This document shows positions 7,112-17,081 of a stretch of DNA of 26,862 nt, piece after piece. The stretch is from a virus. Its lineage: Duplodnaviria; Caudoviricetes. Each line of letters begins with the position of its first letter. Within the stretch, counting starts at the first letter, position 1. The translations under genes were made by a program, and so were the position numbers. The notes below the pieces were generated by a model. The model worked only from the letters and a program-made list of their open reading frames with translations. It was not told the origin of the DNA and searched no databases. The DNA is taken from positions 1 through 26,862 of IMG/VR virus record IMGVR_UViG_3300033076_000178; one strand, written 5' to 3'.

Positions 7112-10100
7112 ACAGCGCGATCTCTTTCTGCTTGATCGCATCAATCGCGGTGCGCTTCTGCTCTGGAGTGAGCTGCCGGCTACCCGCAATCTGGCGCTTC
7201 TGTTTAGCGTACTCGCCCATCTTCTGGCGGAAGCTGCCAGCCAGCGACGACGAAGCGATCAGCTTGGCGTTGTCTTTCTGGAACTCCTTGGCCTCATCCA
7301 GCATACCGCGCTCGATCAGGTTGTTGACCGTACCCTTGGCTTGGTTGATGCGCTCCATGGTGTCGAAGGCTTCATTGACGATACCGCGGCCGTCGTTAGG
7401 CTGGAACGCTGCGCCAATGAACGGCAGCTCGCTCGTCTTCTTCTCAGGTGCACCCGGCTTCTCAGGAGAGGCCAGTACAGGGTTAACCAGAGCCACAAGC
7501 GCAGCCCCCAGACCGCCGGTGTAGCCACGGATGAGGTGGTCAATCTTGATCGGCGACACGTCCAGCAGATCACCCAGAGCCTTGGAGACTTCGGTCGTAC
7601 CCTCGGTAGCACGCTTGCCCGGGGTAACGCTAGACATGCGCGCGCCTTCGATCGGCTTGCCGGTGAAGAAGTTGTAGTTGGCCACGGCTTCCACAGCAGG
7701 TTTGAGAGCCTGTGGTAGCAGCAGGTTGCTGCCGCCCGGTACCGTGTTGATGGCCATTTGCTTGAACGCCTTAAGAACGTCGCCAGCCTTCTCATCGGTA
7801 GCCGCTAGGTTGTACACAGCCTCTGGCAGCGCCTTGAAGATGTAGCCTAGTTCAAATGGGATCGGCACGCGGACAGGCTCATCGAAGCCCGGGATGCGCA
7901 CAAACCAGTTGTTGTACTTCTCTTCTGGCGTAGCGTTCTTGTATGCTTCGTCGTCACCCATCAGAGCGGCGTAAGCGACGGACAGACCCATCATCAGAGC
8001 ACCGCGCTTGAGCAGCTTGCCTTGGATCTCGAGCTTCTTACCGGCCAGCGAGGTGCCCTTGAACGCTTTGTACAGCACGTTCAGACCCTGCACCTGCGCA
8101 TTGAAGAACGGGATCATGTTGGAAATAGCCATCATGCTAGGCGAGATACCGCGCTTGGTGAAGTTCATCATCTCTAGCGCGGCCAGCGAGGCTTCCATAT
8201 CGGACATACCCTGCTTAACGTAGCTGTTGTAGGCGGTAACGCGGGAGGCAGCATCGGCCTTCATAGCGACGTGATCCAGCTTGGACATGAGAGTCGTCCA
8301 GTGGTCTTTGCCTGCGGCGATGTCCGCCATGATGCGCTTCTGGTCATCTGGGGTAGCCGAGAACACTTGGCCGCCGATAAAGCCCTTGGCTTGGAGAGCG
8401 CGCTCAGCTTCGTTGTCGCCGCGTAGCAGGCTAGGCATCTCTTTCAGAGCGCTCATTACAGGCTTGGCATCCACACCGCCGGTCATAACCGAGGCCATCG
8501 AGTCGCGGATGATCTGACGCACCGCATATAACGGCATGCGTGTAACGCCCTTACGCAGCAGGTTAGCCGGGCCTTGCATGAAGCGGATAGCGGTCGGCAG
8601 GCTGGTAGAGATACCTTCCATACCCTTAACGATAAGATCCGCTGGGATGCCAGCCATGGTGTCAGTGTCGATAACGGCGTGGTAGTCCTTGCCGTCGTGC
8701 TTGAAGCGCACCACGTCCGAGCGGGCTGGGCCTTTACCCGGCATGATCTTGGCCATGCCAAGGCCTTTAAGGGTGTTAACCGTGTTCTTCGTGGCAAGGT
8801 TGCGCAGGGCAATATCCGTTACCAGAGCCGTGTTTTGCAGAGAACTGGTGCGGAAGTCCACGATAGCTTGATCGCTACCAATAAGCTCTTTCAGGAACTT
8901 ATTGTTGGTCAGATCGCCAATGGTGATCGGATGCTCGCCGTCCACAATATACCCGTCTTTCTCACGGTAGAAGCCAACATAGTCGTTGTACTTCGTCATT
9001 GCGTCAGCTTGAGCCTGAGAGATAGCGCCAGACTGTGCCAAGAAATCCATCAGCGCCTTGTTGTACTTGCCGTACATCTCAGCGCCCTTCTTGAAGTGCG
9101 GGTCAGCATCGCCAGCGCGGATAACCTCATCCAGATCAGCCGGGGTAACAGAACTGTTACGGCCAAAGGCTACGTCGATACCGACGCGCTTGGCACGCTT
9201 AGCTGTCAGGTACATGCCGAACTCGCGCAGGGTGGCGTTGGCGTTACCCACACGCTTGCTCTTACCGACTTCCTCGGAGATGTCTTTCAGGCCGGGGGCA
9301 CCCGATGCGCCTATAACTTTTTCAGTATTGCCGTCAGCGCGCTTTTGAGTAATGACTTTGCGTGGGCCATTAGTTGCTGTTTCAGCCATAACCATATTGC
9401 GTGCATCGTATGTCCTGTTCCAATACATCATTTGAAAAGCGGCCAGCTGGTCTTTCATGCCCTTGGCAATATGCTCAAGGCCGGCAAAGCGGTCGACGAA
9501 CTGGATAGCAAACTCAAGGCCGGTGGCGTTAGCCAGAATCTTATCCTTGAGCTTTTTGTCCTTGGCAACAACTTTGTCAGTCAGGCTGGCCAGACGTGGG
9601 TTATATGACGGCGCGTACTCAGCGGCGGTACGGAAAGCTACTTGGCCGTTAGGCGACACGTAGGCCGGCAGGCGGTCTTGGATGTACGCCTTCTCAGCGT
9701 TGAGCACCAGCTTCTGAATCTCGGCGGTGGTGGCTTTGGTCAGCTCATCCATGCCGTTACGACCCATCCAGTTACGGACAGCGTTTACCAGCGACTTGAT
9801 CCAGCGCTTCATTACGTCAACGAAGCCAGCCGGTACACCGCGTTTTTCAGCCGTATGGGCGATCAGCTCCCGAACCATAGCTACGCGCTGCTGGTTGGTA
9901 TTCAAACCACGCTCAATGGCCGACTGCTCGGTAGCACGGACTTCATCCCATACACCCAGCGCCTCGGCAACACGGTAGACCAGACCGTCAGTCTCAAAGA
10001 TCTTGTCAGTAAGTTCCTGTACGCCCTTAGCGCCCAGCATGCCTTCAACGCCGTAGTGGCCGATCACTTCGTGAGCGATGGTCTCTTCGAGGTCGAGCTG

Positions 10101-13100
10101 GTTAGCGTGGGTATCGCCGATGACCGTCAGGCTGCCGTCAGGCAGGATCAGACCCTTGGTAGTGTCGGCTTTGTGGTACGCCAGCGCAGCTTTAACGATA
10201 GCCGGCGCTTGGTCTACGGTGTCGTAGTAGCGCAGCTTGATGCCCGACTTGGCCAGCTTAGCCGAGATCTTATCGGCGGTAGCCTTGAACGACTTGAGGT
10301 TTACCCCCTCACGAACCTTGGCGCCTCCGTCGCGCAGGGCTGAGCCGCGCACCTGATCCATAATGGCGTAGCCGAGATCACCAATGTCATCCAGCAGGTC
10401 GCCACCCCAACGCTCTTCAATGCTGCCGAGAAGCGACTTATATTCACCGCCCAGTTCCTTAACGCGTTCTTCGGTAGCCTTGCCCATGACTTCAGGGGCA
10501 GCGCCTTTCTCCTGCGGTTCAGTACGTTCTTGGCGTGCAGCACGCAGCTCACCGCGCTTAACCGGTGCAGCCTCAGCAATACGGACAACTTGGCGGCCAA
10601 CCTTGATGAGCTTCTCGTACTCTTTCAGGTCACGCTGGCGCTTGAGCACAGCCTTGCGCTCGTCGCCTTTCAGCGTCTTGCTCTTGAGCTGCTTAGCAAC
10701 GTCATTCAGTTCACTCGCTACGCGGTCGGCGGTCATAGCGCCGCCACCCAATACGCGCTCTAGGTTAGCCTTCTTGCTGGCGATGCGCTCTTTAGCCGTT
10801 TCTTTTTGCTGAGCGATCATCTCTTCGCGCTTGGTTTCAGCGGACTTACGAGGGCCGGAAATAACTTTTCGTTGCACAAGTGGCTTCTCGTAAACAGGCT
10901 TCTCTACGATTTCACCGCTTGCCGTGCGTTCTTTACGCGTCCCGGTTTGGACTCGTGGGCCTGTCGCCTCTACAAACTCGCCAAGGTTTGGATCCCAAGC
11001 CATAGCTGTCTCAACGCGCTGAGTGTAAGACCCGGTCGCGTTACTAAACTCAAGAGCCGCCTGCTCACGCTCACGGCGCAGCTTGGTCTGGGCTTCATTG
11101 CGCTCTTTCAGCTTGGCTTCGGCCACGCCCAAACGCTCGCGTTCAGCAGCGGCTTTCTTGGCTACTGGGCCTAGCGGCTTGTTCTTAACCTCGGCTTCCA
11201 GCTTGTCCAGCGCTTTCTTGCGCTTCTGGATGTAGTCGGACAGGATAGCGTCACGACGAACCTTATGCTCGTCGATCTCAACGCGGGAGTTGCGCAGCGC
11301 TTCAACACGGCCGGCATACTTATCACGGAGGTCATAGGCTTGGTTCAGCCAGTCACGTAGCCGCGTGGCTACAGCTCGGTCAGCGGCAACAGTTACGTTA
11401 GGCTCAACGGCAGCCAGCTCGCGCTGGGCTTGATTGATAACCGGGCCTAGTACCTCCATGCCTTGCATGTAGTCTTGCTCAGCCTTCTTGATAGCTTCGG
11501 CCAGCTTTTGCTCAGCAACATAGACAGCGTCTTTGCGCTCCAGCTCGGTAATGTCACCGATGGCTTCGCGCAGCTTGCCAGTCTCAACCTCGGCCTTGGT
11601 CTTAAGCGCCTCGTACTTGGCTTGATCCTGACGGATCGACTTCTTAATCAAGCGGCCAATCTCTGCATCACGGGCTTTGTCGGCCTCGACATTACGGCGC
11701 AGCTTGGCAACTTCAGCGCTGTTCAAGAACTTCATAAAGTTCGCTGGCGTAGCACGCTCAGTGGCAATAGGCTCAATACCCGGCAGCGTCTTCTGGACAC
11801 CCTTACCGCCTTCTTCCGTGCGCATTGCTTCGCGGCGGACAGCCTTTTCTTCGTCGGTCAGTTCCTTCTCAGCGCCAGCTTCTTCACGGGCAACCTTCTT
11901 GGCCAGCGACTTCGGAGTCTGCATGGTTAAGCCGAAAGCCACCTGTGTAGTAGGCTTGTAGAACGGCTCAGCGTATTGCTTAAGGTGCTGTTCCAGCTGC
12001 GGCTCAACGGTGCCGGCCTTCAGGTTGCGATCCAGCGCGGTGTGGATCTGCATAGCCAGTTGCAGCGCTTGCCCTTGGGTCAGGCTGTTGTGGCGGTTTG
12101 CCAGACGATCGTGGTCAACTTGTTGCAGTACGGCCTCAATATAGTCGCGCTTGGCTTGGTCAGCGCGCTTAAGGAGCAGCTGCTTGGACGTATTAGCAAA
12201 CTTGGAGCGCTCGCCGCCAAGGTACAAGCCGTCTTTAATATCCCCAAGCGCCTCAGAGAAGCGCATGAAGGCCTCGTCCGCTGCACCCTTGGCTTCGTCA
12301 GAGCGGAACTTGTTTTGCTGCGGCTGCATGCGCTCAGCGATACCGGCGCTGTCTTCTTCCTTAGCACCGCCTTTCTGGAACAGGTCGACAAGACGGCCAA
12401 CCATGCGCTCATCGGCGGTAGCTGCGTATTCTTCTTCGAGCTGATCCAGCGAAGCTTTGTAGCCTTCGACACCCTTGGCTACGCGCTCCTCTGGGGTCAT
12501 CTTGTATTTCTGGGTGTAGCCCAAGCCGAGCAGGTCGGCTTCTTCTTGAGCCAGCGCACCTTCGGTAGCGGCTTTCTGCTTCTCAGCAACTTGTTTCTCA
12601 CCAGCCTTAACGGTAGCGGCAGCCAGAGCCGATGGTGCACCGCGTGGGCCAATAAGAGGCTGCTGCTGTTGGTTGAGCGTAGGCACGGCTTGCGTTTGTG
12701 CGCCCTTAGCCTTCAGCTCCTCAATCTGCTGCGCCAGCTTGGTGATGGTTTCAAAGTCGCCTTCTTCGCCGGCCTTCGACAGACGTGCTGTCAGACGCTC
12801 AAGCTGCGCATCAGGGTGGGTCTTAAGTAGCTGCTCGGCTTCAGCGTAGCCAGCTTGGACTTGCTTCAGTTGCTTATCCAGCTCGGCGATGACGCTTGTA
12901 TTACCGGCGATAGCGGCTTGGGACTTCTGCTGTTCCAGCTCGTCGATGCGGCTCTTGAGGACTTCCTGCTCTTGCTTGACCTGCTCGTATGGAGCTGGGG
13001 CAACAGCGGCTTGAGTGTCCACTGGGGTATACGGCTGCTCGAAACCGGGCAGCGATGGTACGTTCGAGGGGATGCCTTGGGCAGCGCGTTCTTGACGCTG

Positions 13101-14363
13101 GGCTTCATCAGCCAGCGCTTGCTGCTGCCACTCGCCAAACATACCGAGGGTCTTGGCAGTTTGCTCTTGCTCGTACGCCTTGGCTTGGTATTGCTGGTGC
13201 AGCGGGTGGGCTGCCAGCATGGACTCTGCTTGGTCTAAGCCGGTACGGAGCCCGGCGATCTTTTCTTGCAGGGCTTCTGGGTTCTTGGACTTAGGAAGGT
13301 TGCCCTCCATCTTGGCCACAACGCCAGCCAGCTTATCGCGCTCAGCGCGCAGCTCCTCGTAATACTCAGGGCTAGCCAGACGCTCGGCTTCTGCCTTATC
13401 GGCAGCGGCTTGGGCTGCTTCAGCCTGCTTGGTGGCAACTTCTTTACGAGCAGCCGAGCGGTCAGCAACACGGCCAACGGCGCCAAGCGGAGCCAGCAGG
13501 CCTACTTGGTAGGCGGTGTCGCCGTACTCACTGAGCGCATCTTCCGAAGTCAGGGGGAGGCCGGCTTGCAGGCGCTCCAGCATCTGCTGGGCAATTTCCG
13601 TTGGGACTTCGGCAGCGCCACCAATGAGGGTACCCTTGGCCAGCGTGCGCTTGAGGCTCTCTTGAGCCATCTTTTCAGCTGCGCCTGTAGCGCCTTTAGC
13701 CAGCGCCTTCTCAACCTGCGGGCCGAGGAACTTACCGACCAGCGTCTTACCGAACGGAATGAATGTGCCGGCTACATCAAGAGCGGCTTGCGGGGCAGCG
13801 GCTGCACCGGCAGCGCGAATATCAACCGGCTTGCCCTCGGCAGCCTGACGCTCGATGTTGCCACCGAACTGTTGAACAAGGCTAGGAAGCGCTGCGCCAC
13901 CAAGGCCACCGACAATAGCGCCGACAGGGCCGAGCGGGGCACCGGCCATCGCACCAAGGCGACCGGCGGCAATAGTAGAACCGATGTTAGGCAGCTGCTC
14001 AGAAATGGCTAGGGGTACTTGGCGTGCAAGTTCTTTACCTGCTGCGAGGACACCTTCTTCCTCGTACTTTTTCTTCAGCAGATCAAGGCCGACTTGGTCA
14101 GCGTACTTCAGGCCGGCGGCTTCTTGGCGCTTGCGTCCAGCGGCTGCGGCTTCTTCGGGGCTACCAGTAAGCGCACCCAAAGCGGTTTGGCCAGACGAGA
14201 GCAGGCTTTCCAAGCCCTGCCCGAACGCTGCGCCTACACCTTTTTTCTCCATCCCATACAGCTTAGGGAACTTGGCTTGCGCCATCTGTTCTGCTGCTGC
14301 GTAATCTACATCATCTGCGACTTTGAAAACTGAGCCGTCGGGGAGGGGGAAATACTTTGGCAT
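7086..14363 (-). CDS. Giant polyvalent internal-virion/ejection-type protein (zincin-like motif, LPD38-like C-terminus)
   Basis: 2425 aa; N-terminal Gly/Ala hydrophobic helices (GAMAGAPLGPVGAIVGGLGG); long charged coiled coils; TIAHEVIGHYG...ELIAH motif; C-terminal RVPIPFELG...KIDHLIRGYTGGLG as in LPD38-type domains; last gene of the virion operon. Confidence 0.8.
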   Translation of the reverse strand: MPKYFPLPDGSVFKVADDVDYAAAEQMAQAKFPKLYGMEKKGVGAAFGQGLESLLSSGQTALGALTGSPEEAAAAGRKRQEAAGLKYADQVGLDLLKKKYEEEGVLAAGKELARQVPLAISEQLPNIGSTIAAGRLGAMAGAPLGPVGAIVGGLGGAALPSLVQQFGGNIERQAAEGKPVDIRAAGAAAAPQAALDVAGTFIPFGKTLVGKFLGPQVEKALAKGATGAAEKMAQESLKRTLAKGTLIGGAAEVPTEIAQQMLERLQAGLPLTSEDALSEYGDTAYQVGLLAPLGAVGRVADRSAARKEVATKQAEAAQAAADKAEAERLASPEYYEELRAERDKLAGVVAKMEGNLPKSKNPEALQEKIAGLRTGLDQAESMLAAHPLHQQYQAKAYEQEQTAKTLGMFGEWQQQALADEAQRQERAAQGIPSNVPSLPGFEQPYTPVDTQAAVAPAPYEQVKQEQEVLKSRIDELEQQKSQAAIAGNTSVIAELDKQLKQVQAGYAEAEQLLKTHPDAQLERLTARLSKAGEEGDFETITKLAQQIEELKAKGAQTQAVPTLNQQQQPLIGPRGAPSALAAATVKAGEKQVAEKQKAATEGALAQEEADLLGLGYTQKYKMTPEERVAKGVEGYKASLDQLEEEYAATADERMVGRLVDLFQKGGAKEEDSAGIAERMQPQQNKFRSDEAKGAADEAFMRFSEALGDIKDGLYLGGERSKFANTSKQLLLKRADQAKRDYIEAVLQQVDHDRLANRHNSLTQGQALQLAMQIHTALDRNLKAGTVEPQLEQHLKQYAEPFYKPTTQVAFGLTMQTPKSLAKKVAREEAGAEKELTDEEKAVRREAMRTEEGGKGVQKTLPGIEPIATERATPANFMKFLNSAEVAKLRRNVEADKARDAEIGRLIKKSIRQDQAKYEALKTKAEVETGKLREAIGDITELERKDAVYVAEQKLAEAIKKAEQDYMQGMEVLGPVINQAQRELAAVEPNVTVAADRAVATRLRDWLNQAYDLRDKYAGRVEALRNSRVEIDEHKVRRDAILSDYIQKRKKALDKLEAEVKNKPLGPVAKKAAAERERLGVAEAKLKERNEAQTKLRREREQAALEFSNATGSYTQRVETAMAWDPNLGEFVEATGPRVQTGTRKERTASGEIVEKPVYEKPLVQRKVISGPRKSAETKREEMIAQQKETAKERIASKKANLERVLGGGAMTADRVASELNDVAKQLKSKTLKGDERKAVLKRQRDLKEYEKLIKVGRQVVRIAEAAPVKRGELRAARQERTEPQEKGAAPEVMGKATEERVKELGGEYKSLLGSIEERWGGDLLDDIGDLGYAIMDQVRGSALRDGGAKVREGVNLKSFKATADKISAKLAKSGIKLRYYDTVDQAPAIVKAALAYHKADTTKGLILPDGSLTVIGDTHANQLDLEETIAHEVIGHYGVEGMLGAKGVQELTDKIFETDGLVYRVAEALGVWDEVRATEQSAIERGLNTNQQRVAMVRELIAHTAEKRGVPAGFVDVMKRWIKSLVNAVRNWMGRNGMDELTKATTAEIQKLVLNAEKAYIQDRLPAYVSPNGQVAFRTAAEYAPSYNPRLASLTDKVVAKDKKLKDKILANATGLEFAIQFVDRFAGLEHIAKGMKDQLAAFQMMYWNRTYDARNMVMAETATNGPRKVITQKRADGNTEKVIGASGAPGLKDISEEVGKSKRVGNANATLREFGMYLTAKRAKRVGIDVAFGRNSSVTPADLDEVIRAGDADPHFKKGAEMYGKYNKALMDFLAQSGAISQAQADAMTKYNDYVGFYREKDGYIVDGEHPITIGDLTNNKFLKELIGSDQAIVDFRTSSLQNTALVTDIALRNLATKNTVNTLKGLGMAKIMPGKGPARSDVVRFKHDGKDYHAVIDTDTMAGIPADLIVKGMEGISTSLPTAIRFMQGPANLLRKGVTRMPLYAVRQIIRDSMASVMTGGVDAKPVMSALKEMPSLLRGDNEAERALQAKGFIGGQVFSATPDDQKRIMADIAAGKDHWTTLMSKLDHVAMKADAASRVTAYNSYVKQGMSDMEASLAALEMMNFTKRGISPSMMAISNMIPFFNAQVQGLNVLYKAFKGTSLAGKKLEIQGKLLKRGALMMGLSVAYAALMGDDEAYKNATPEEKYNNWFVRIPGFDEPVRVPIPFELGYIFKALPEAVYNLAATDEKAGDVLKAFKQMAINTVPGGSNLLLPQALKPAVEAVANYNFFTGKPIEGARMSSVTPGKRATEGTTEVSKALGDLLDVSPIKIDHLIRGYTGGLGAALVALVNPVLASPEKPGAPEKKTSELPFIGAAFQPNDGRGIVNEAFDTMERINQAKGTVNNLIERGMLDEAKEFQKDNAKLIASSSLAGSFRQKMGEYAKQKRQIAGSRQLTPEQKRTAIDAIKQKEIALSKQLRSVE

Positions 14364-14425
14364 AGCGTCTACCTGTCAGGTTGGAGTGGATAAGCCCACG
14401 AGCATTTCCCCGATTGTACAACGTA

Positions 14426-16672
14426 TTAACGCACTAAGGTATCCTTGCCCGGAGTAACAAAGCCGTCGCCGCCACCCATTGAACCGCCGCCCAGAGTCGA
14501 GATACGGCGCTGGTATTCTTGGTTCTTCCAAACTTGCAGAGCGTTAGGCGAAATGCCGGGGTTAGCCGCAGCGTATTCTTTACCTGCCTTGTCGACCTGA
14601 GCCATGATGGTGGCTTGCAGTTTGGGGGTGAGGCCGCCGGTAGTACCGAGCGAGCTGCCCTTGTCTTTGAGGTAGTCGGCATAAGCCAGCGCTTGCTTGG
14701 TTTGGGCACCGATGAGCGGTTCTTTGGCTTGCATTTCGCGCAGAGCAACCAGAGCGTTGACATCGCCCTGAGCGGCTTGACGCTCCAGCTGAGCCAGTTG
14801 CAGGCGCTGGCCCATGAGGCCTTGACGAGCAGACTGCATGAGGTTGACACCGCGCTGAGCTTCTTCGCCGGCAGCACCAAGACCACGGCCAAGCTGTCCA
14901 ATGAACCCACCGGGGCCACCCTGCGCAAGAGCTGCGGCTGCACGAAGCGCTGCGATACCCTTAATGTCACTACGGATGGCGTTAACGTCTTGCTGGCCCT
15001 TGGCGATTTCTTCGGCCATGGCTGCATTTGACTGGCGGGTAGCCTCCATCTGATCGTAGATGCGCTGTTGCATCGGGTCAATCTTCGGAGTTTCAGCAAC
15101 AGCCGGGGCGGCTGGAGCAACAGGACGCATGGCACGAGGAGCGCGATCAACCACAGGAGCAACAGCGCCAGTTCGAGCGGCAGGAGCAGCGGCGGCTGGC
15201 GCAACAGCAGCGACAGGAGCTTCTACGGGAGCCGTTGGCTTAATACCTTGAGCCCGTGCGCGCAGCTCAGCGGCGTACGCCTGCATCGGGCCGATTTTTT
15301 TACGCTGATAGACTTCACCCGAGGTCGGGTCTTCAAACAGCTCATAGCCTTCAGGAACGCCACCGCCAGCATAGCCAACGATACCGCCGTCAGCAAACTC
15401 CATGTTGTCGGCTTCAAGGCCGCCGATACCGGACGCCAGTTGTTCTTCAGCGCGAACACCTTGAACAGCGGTGCGCAGTTTGGCACGACGAGCCAGCTCT
15501 TGCTTGGCTACATCGACAGGCACGTCATCACTCTTACCGGCAACAACGGCTTGCAGCAGCTGGTCAGGAAGACCGCTGATGTCACCACCATACGCATAGC
15601 CTTCGACTGAGCCACCGCCAGCCATCTTGATAGCGCCGCCATCTTTCTTACCGAGCAGGCTCGACAGGCCGTATGCACCCAAGCCAAGCGAAGCGATTTG
15701 CGAAGCGGTAGTGGCACCGGGAGCGGACTGAGTTTGCAGTTGTGACGTAGAAAACGGGGTACCACGAATGAGGCCAGACAAGAAGCCGAGCTGGTTCTTT
15801 TCCCAATCGCGCTGTTCTTGGTACTGTTGATAGGCCTGATCGAGCTTTTGTTGCTCCAGCGCCTGCTGTTGAGCGCCCGCAGCCTGTTGGGCCGAGATAC
15901 GCTTGAGTGCGGAGTCTTGTTCTGCTGTACCGAGGTTTTGCAGTTGAGAGGCTGACTTGAGGCCAACGTCTGTACCGAACTGAGCGCCTTCCAGATTGAA
16001 CTTGGCACCGGACAGGCCTGCCGCACGGTCGCGCTCGTATTGCTGCTGTGCGTTTTCGTAGGCCGATTGCAGACCCTTGGTCTGGATGTCAGATAGGTTG
16101 GTGGCCAGTTTAGAACCCAGCAGCGCTTGCTCGATACCAAAACGGGAGCCACCAAAGGCACCGGCCTTAGCGGCCTTGGCGCCAAGCTCTGTATTCAGGC
16201 GTTGTGCATCAGTAACAGCTTCGCGCTTGGCAATGTCGGTAACAGCTTGCTGATACGGCGACATGTACTGCTGGGCTTGGGTCGTACCGAACGTACCCGG
16301 TTGATAACCCATAGCGCCCAAGGCGCCAGCTGTACCAAACTGTTGGGCACCGCTAATGGCGCTGCCAGCGCCTGCATACTGCTCTGGGGTTTCCATGCCG
16401 CCAAGCTCTTGAAATGCAGCTTGTTGTGCCGGTGTGAAGCCGGCGGTGCGTGCGCCAGTGTACGGCTGGTAGCCTTGTTCAGATAGCGTCTCGCCACGCG
16501 ATACCATGCGCTTGGCAGGATCTTCGAGGTACGCCGGGATGTTGGTTTGATAGGCCGTCGATGTTTGCTGGGTGCTGCCGCCACCGCCCGAGCCGCCACC
16601 TTCAAGGGTAATACGACCGCCGACCTTTAAGAAGGCGCGTTCTGGCAGCATGTCAAAATGGTTGTACCGCAT
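14426..16672 (-). CDS. Putative DNA ejection/pilot protein (748 aa)
   Basis: SD GAGGA; Gly-rich stretch after residue 24; Q/A-rich helices with AGAFGGSR; hydrophobic LGLGAYGL; follows a GNAT gene as in P22-type ejection blocks. Confidence 0.7.
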   Translation of the reverse strand: MRYNHFDMLPERAFLKVGGRITLEGGGSGGGGSTQQTSTAYQTNIPAYLEDPAKRMVSRGETLSEQGYQPYTGARTAGFTPAQQAAFQELGGMETPEQYAGAGSAISGAQQFGTAGALGAMGYQPGTFGTTQAQQYMSPYQQAVTDIAKREAVTDAQRLNTELGAKAAKAGAFGGSRFGIEQALLGSKLATNLSDIQTKGLQSAYENAQQQYERDRAAGLSGAKFNLEGAQFGTDVGLKSASQLQNLGTAEQDSALKRISAQQAAGAQQQALEQQKLDQAYQQYQEQRDWEKNQLGFLSGLIRGTPFSTSQLQTQSAPGATTASQIASLGLGAYGLSSLLGKKDGGAIKMAGGGSVEGYAYGGDISGLPDQLLQAVVAGKSDDVPVDVAKQELARRAKLRTAVQGVRAEEQLASGIGGLEADNMEFADGGIVGYAGGGVPEGYELFEDPTSGEVYQRKKIGPMQAYAAELRARAQGIKPTAPVEAPVAAVAPAAAAPAARTGAVAPVVDRAPRAMRPVAPAAPAVAETPKIDPMQQRIYDQMEATRQSNAAMAEEIAKGQQDVNAIRSDIKGIAALRAAAALAQGGPGGFIGQLGRGLGAAGEEAQRGVNLMQSARQGLMGQRLQLAQLERQAAQGDVNALVALREMQAKEPLIGAQTKQALAYADYLKDKGSSLGTTGGLTPKLQATIMAQVDKAGKEYAAANPGISPNALQVWKNQEYQRRISTLGGGSMGGGDGFVTPGKDTLVR

Positions 16673-16673
16673 G

Positions 16674-17081
16674 TTAAATCCTCACAGAGACGATTCTGTA
16701 TTTTTCCTCGAAGCCGTAGCGCTTCCACAAACGGGCGATACTTTCACGCGCCGCACCTTCAACCTGCGTAGCTCCCCTTGATTTTAGGAGGTCTACGAAT
16801 TGTTGCCAAGTATCTTGGCTAGTAAATAGCTTACCGCCAATCGCTACGACAAAAGCCACGCGATCGTTAGGCATATTGTTAAACTGCACAGCGCCAGCCC
16901 CATGCAATGCGCCAGCGTCATCAACTGCGACGTAAAGAGTCCAGAAGCCGTTGGCCAAATAAACTTTGGCTTGCTCAGGTGTGTACTCTCCATGGCTATA
17001 CTCCAAGGCTGACGTGATGTACTGCTCAACCAGAGGCCAAGCGTACTGGAAGTGGTCGGGGTGAACGACCTCTATTCTCAT
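16674..17081 (-). CDS. GNAT-fold acetyltransferase-like protein
   Basis: 135 aa; beta-rich core (WTLYVAV, GAGAVQF, AFVVAIGG); C-terminal IARLWKRYGF resembling GNAT motif B; located among ejection-type genes. Confidence 0.65.
   Translation of the reverse strand: MRIEVVHPDHFQYAWPLVEQYITSALEYSHGEYTPEQAKVYLANGFWTLYVAVDDAGALHGAGAVQFNNMPNDRVAFVVAIGGKLFTSQDTWQQFVDLLKSRGATQVEGAARESIARLWKRYGFEEKYRIVSVRI

Noticed and set aside
8574-14012. Long + strand ORFs (344, 233, 284, 248 aa) opposite the giant gene
   Set aside because: All lie in the antisense register of a well-supported gene and show no recognisable protein features.
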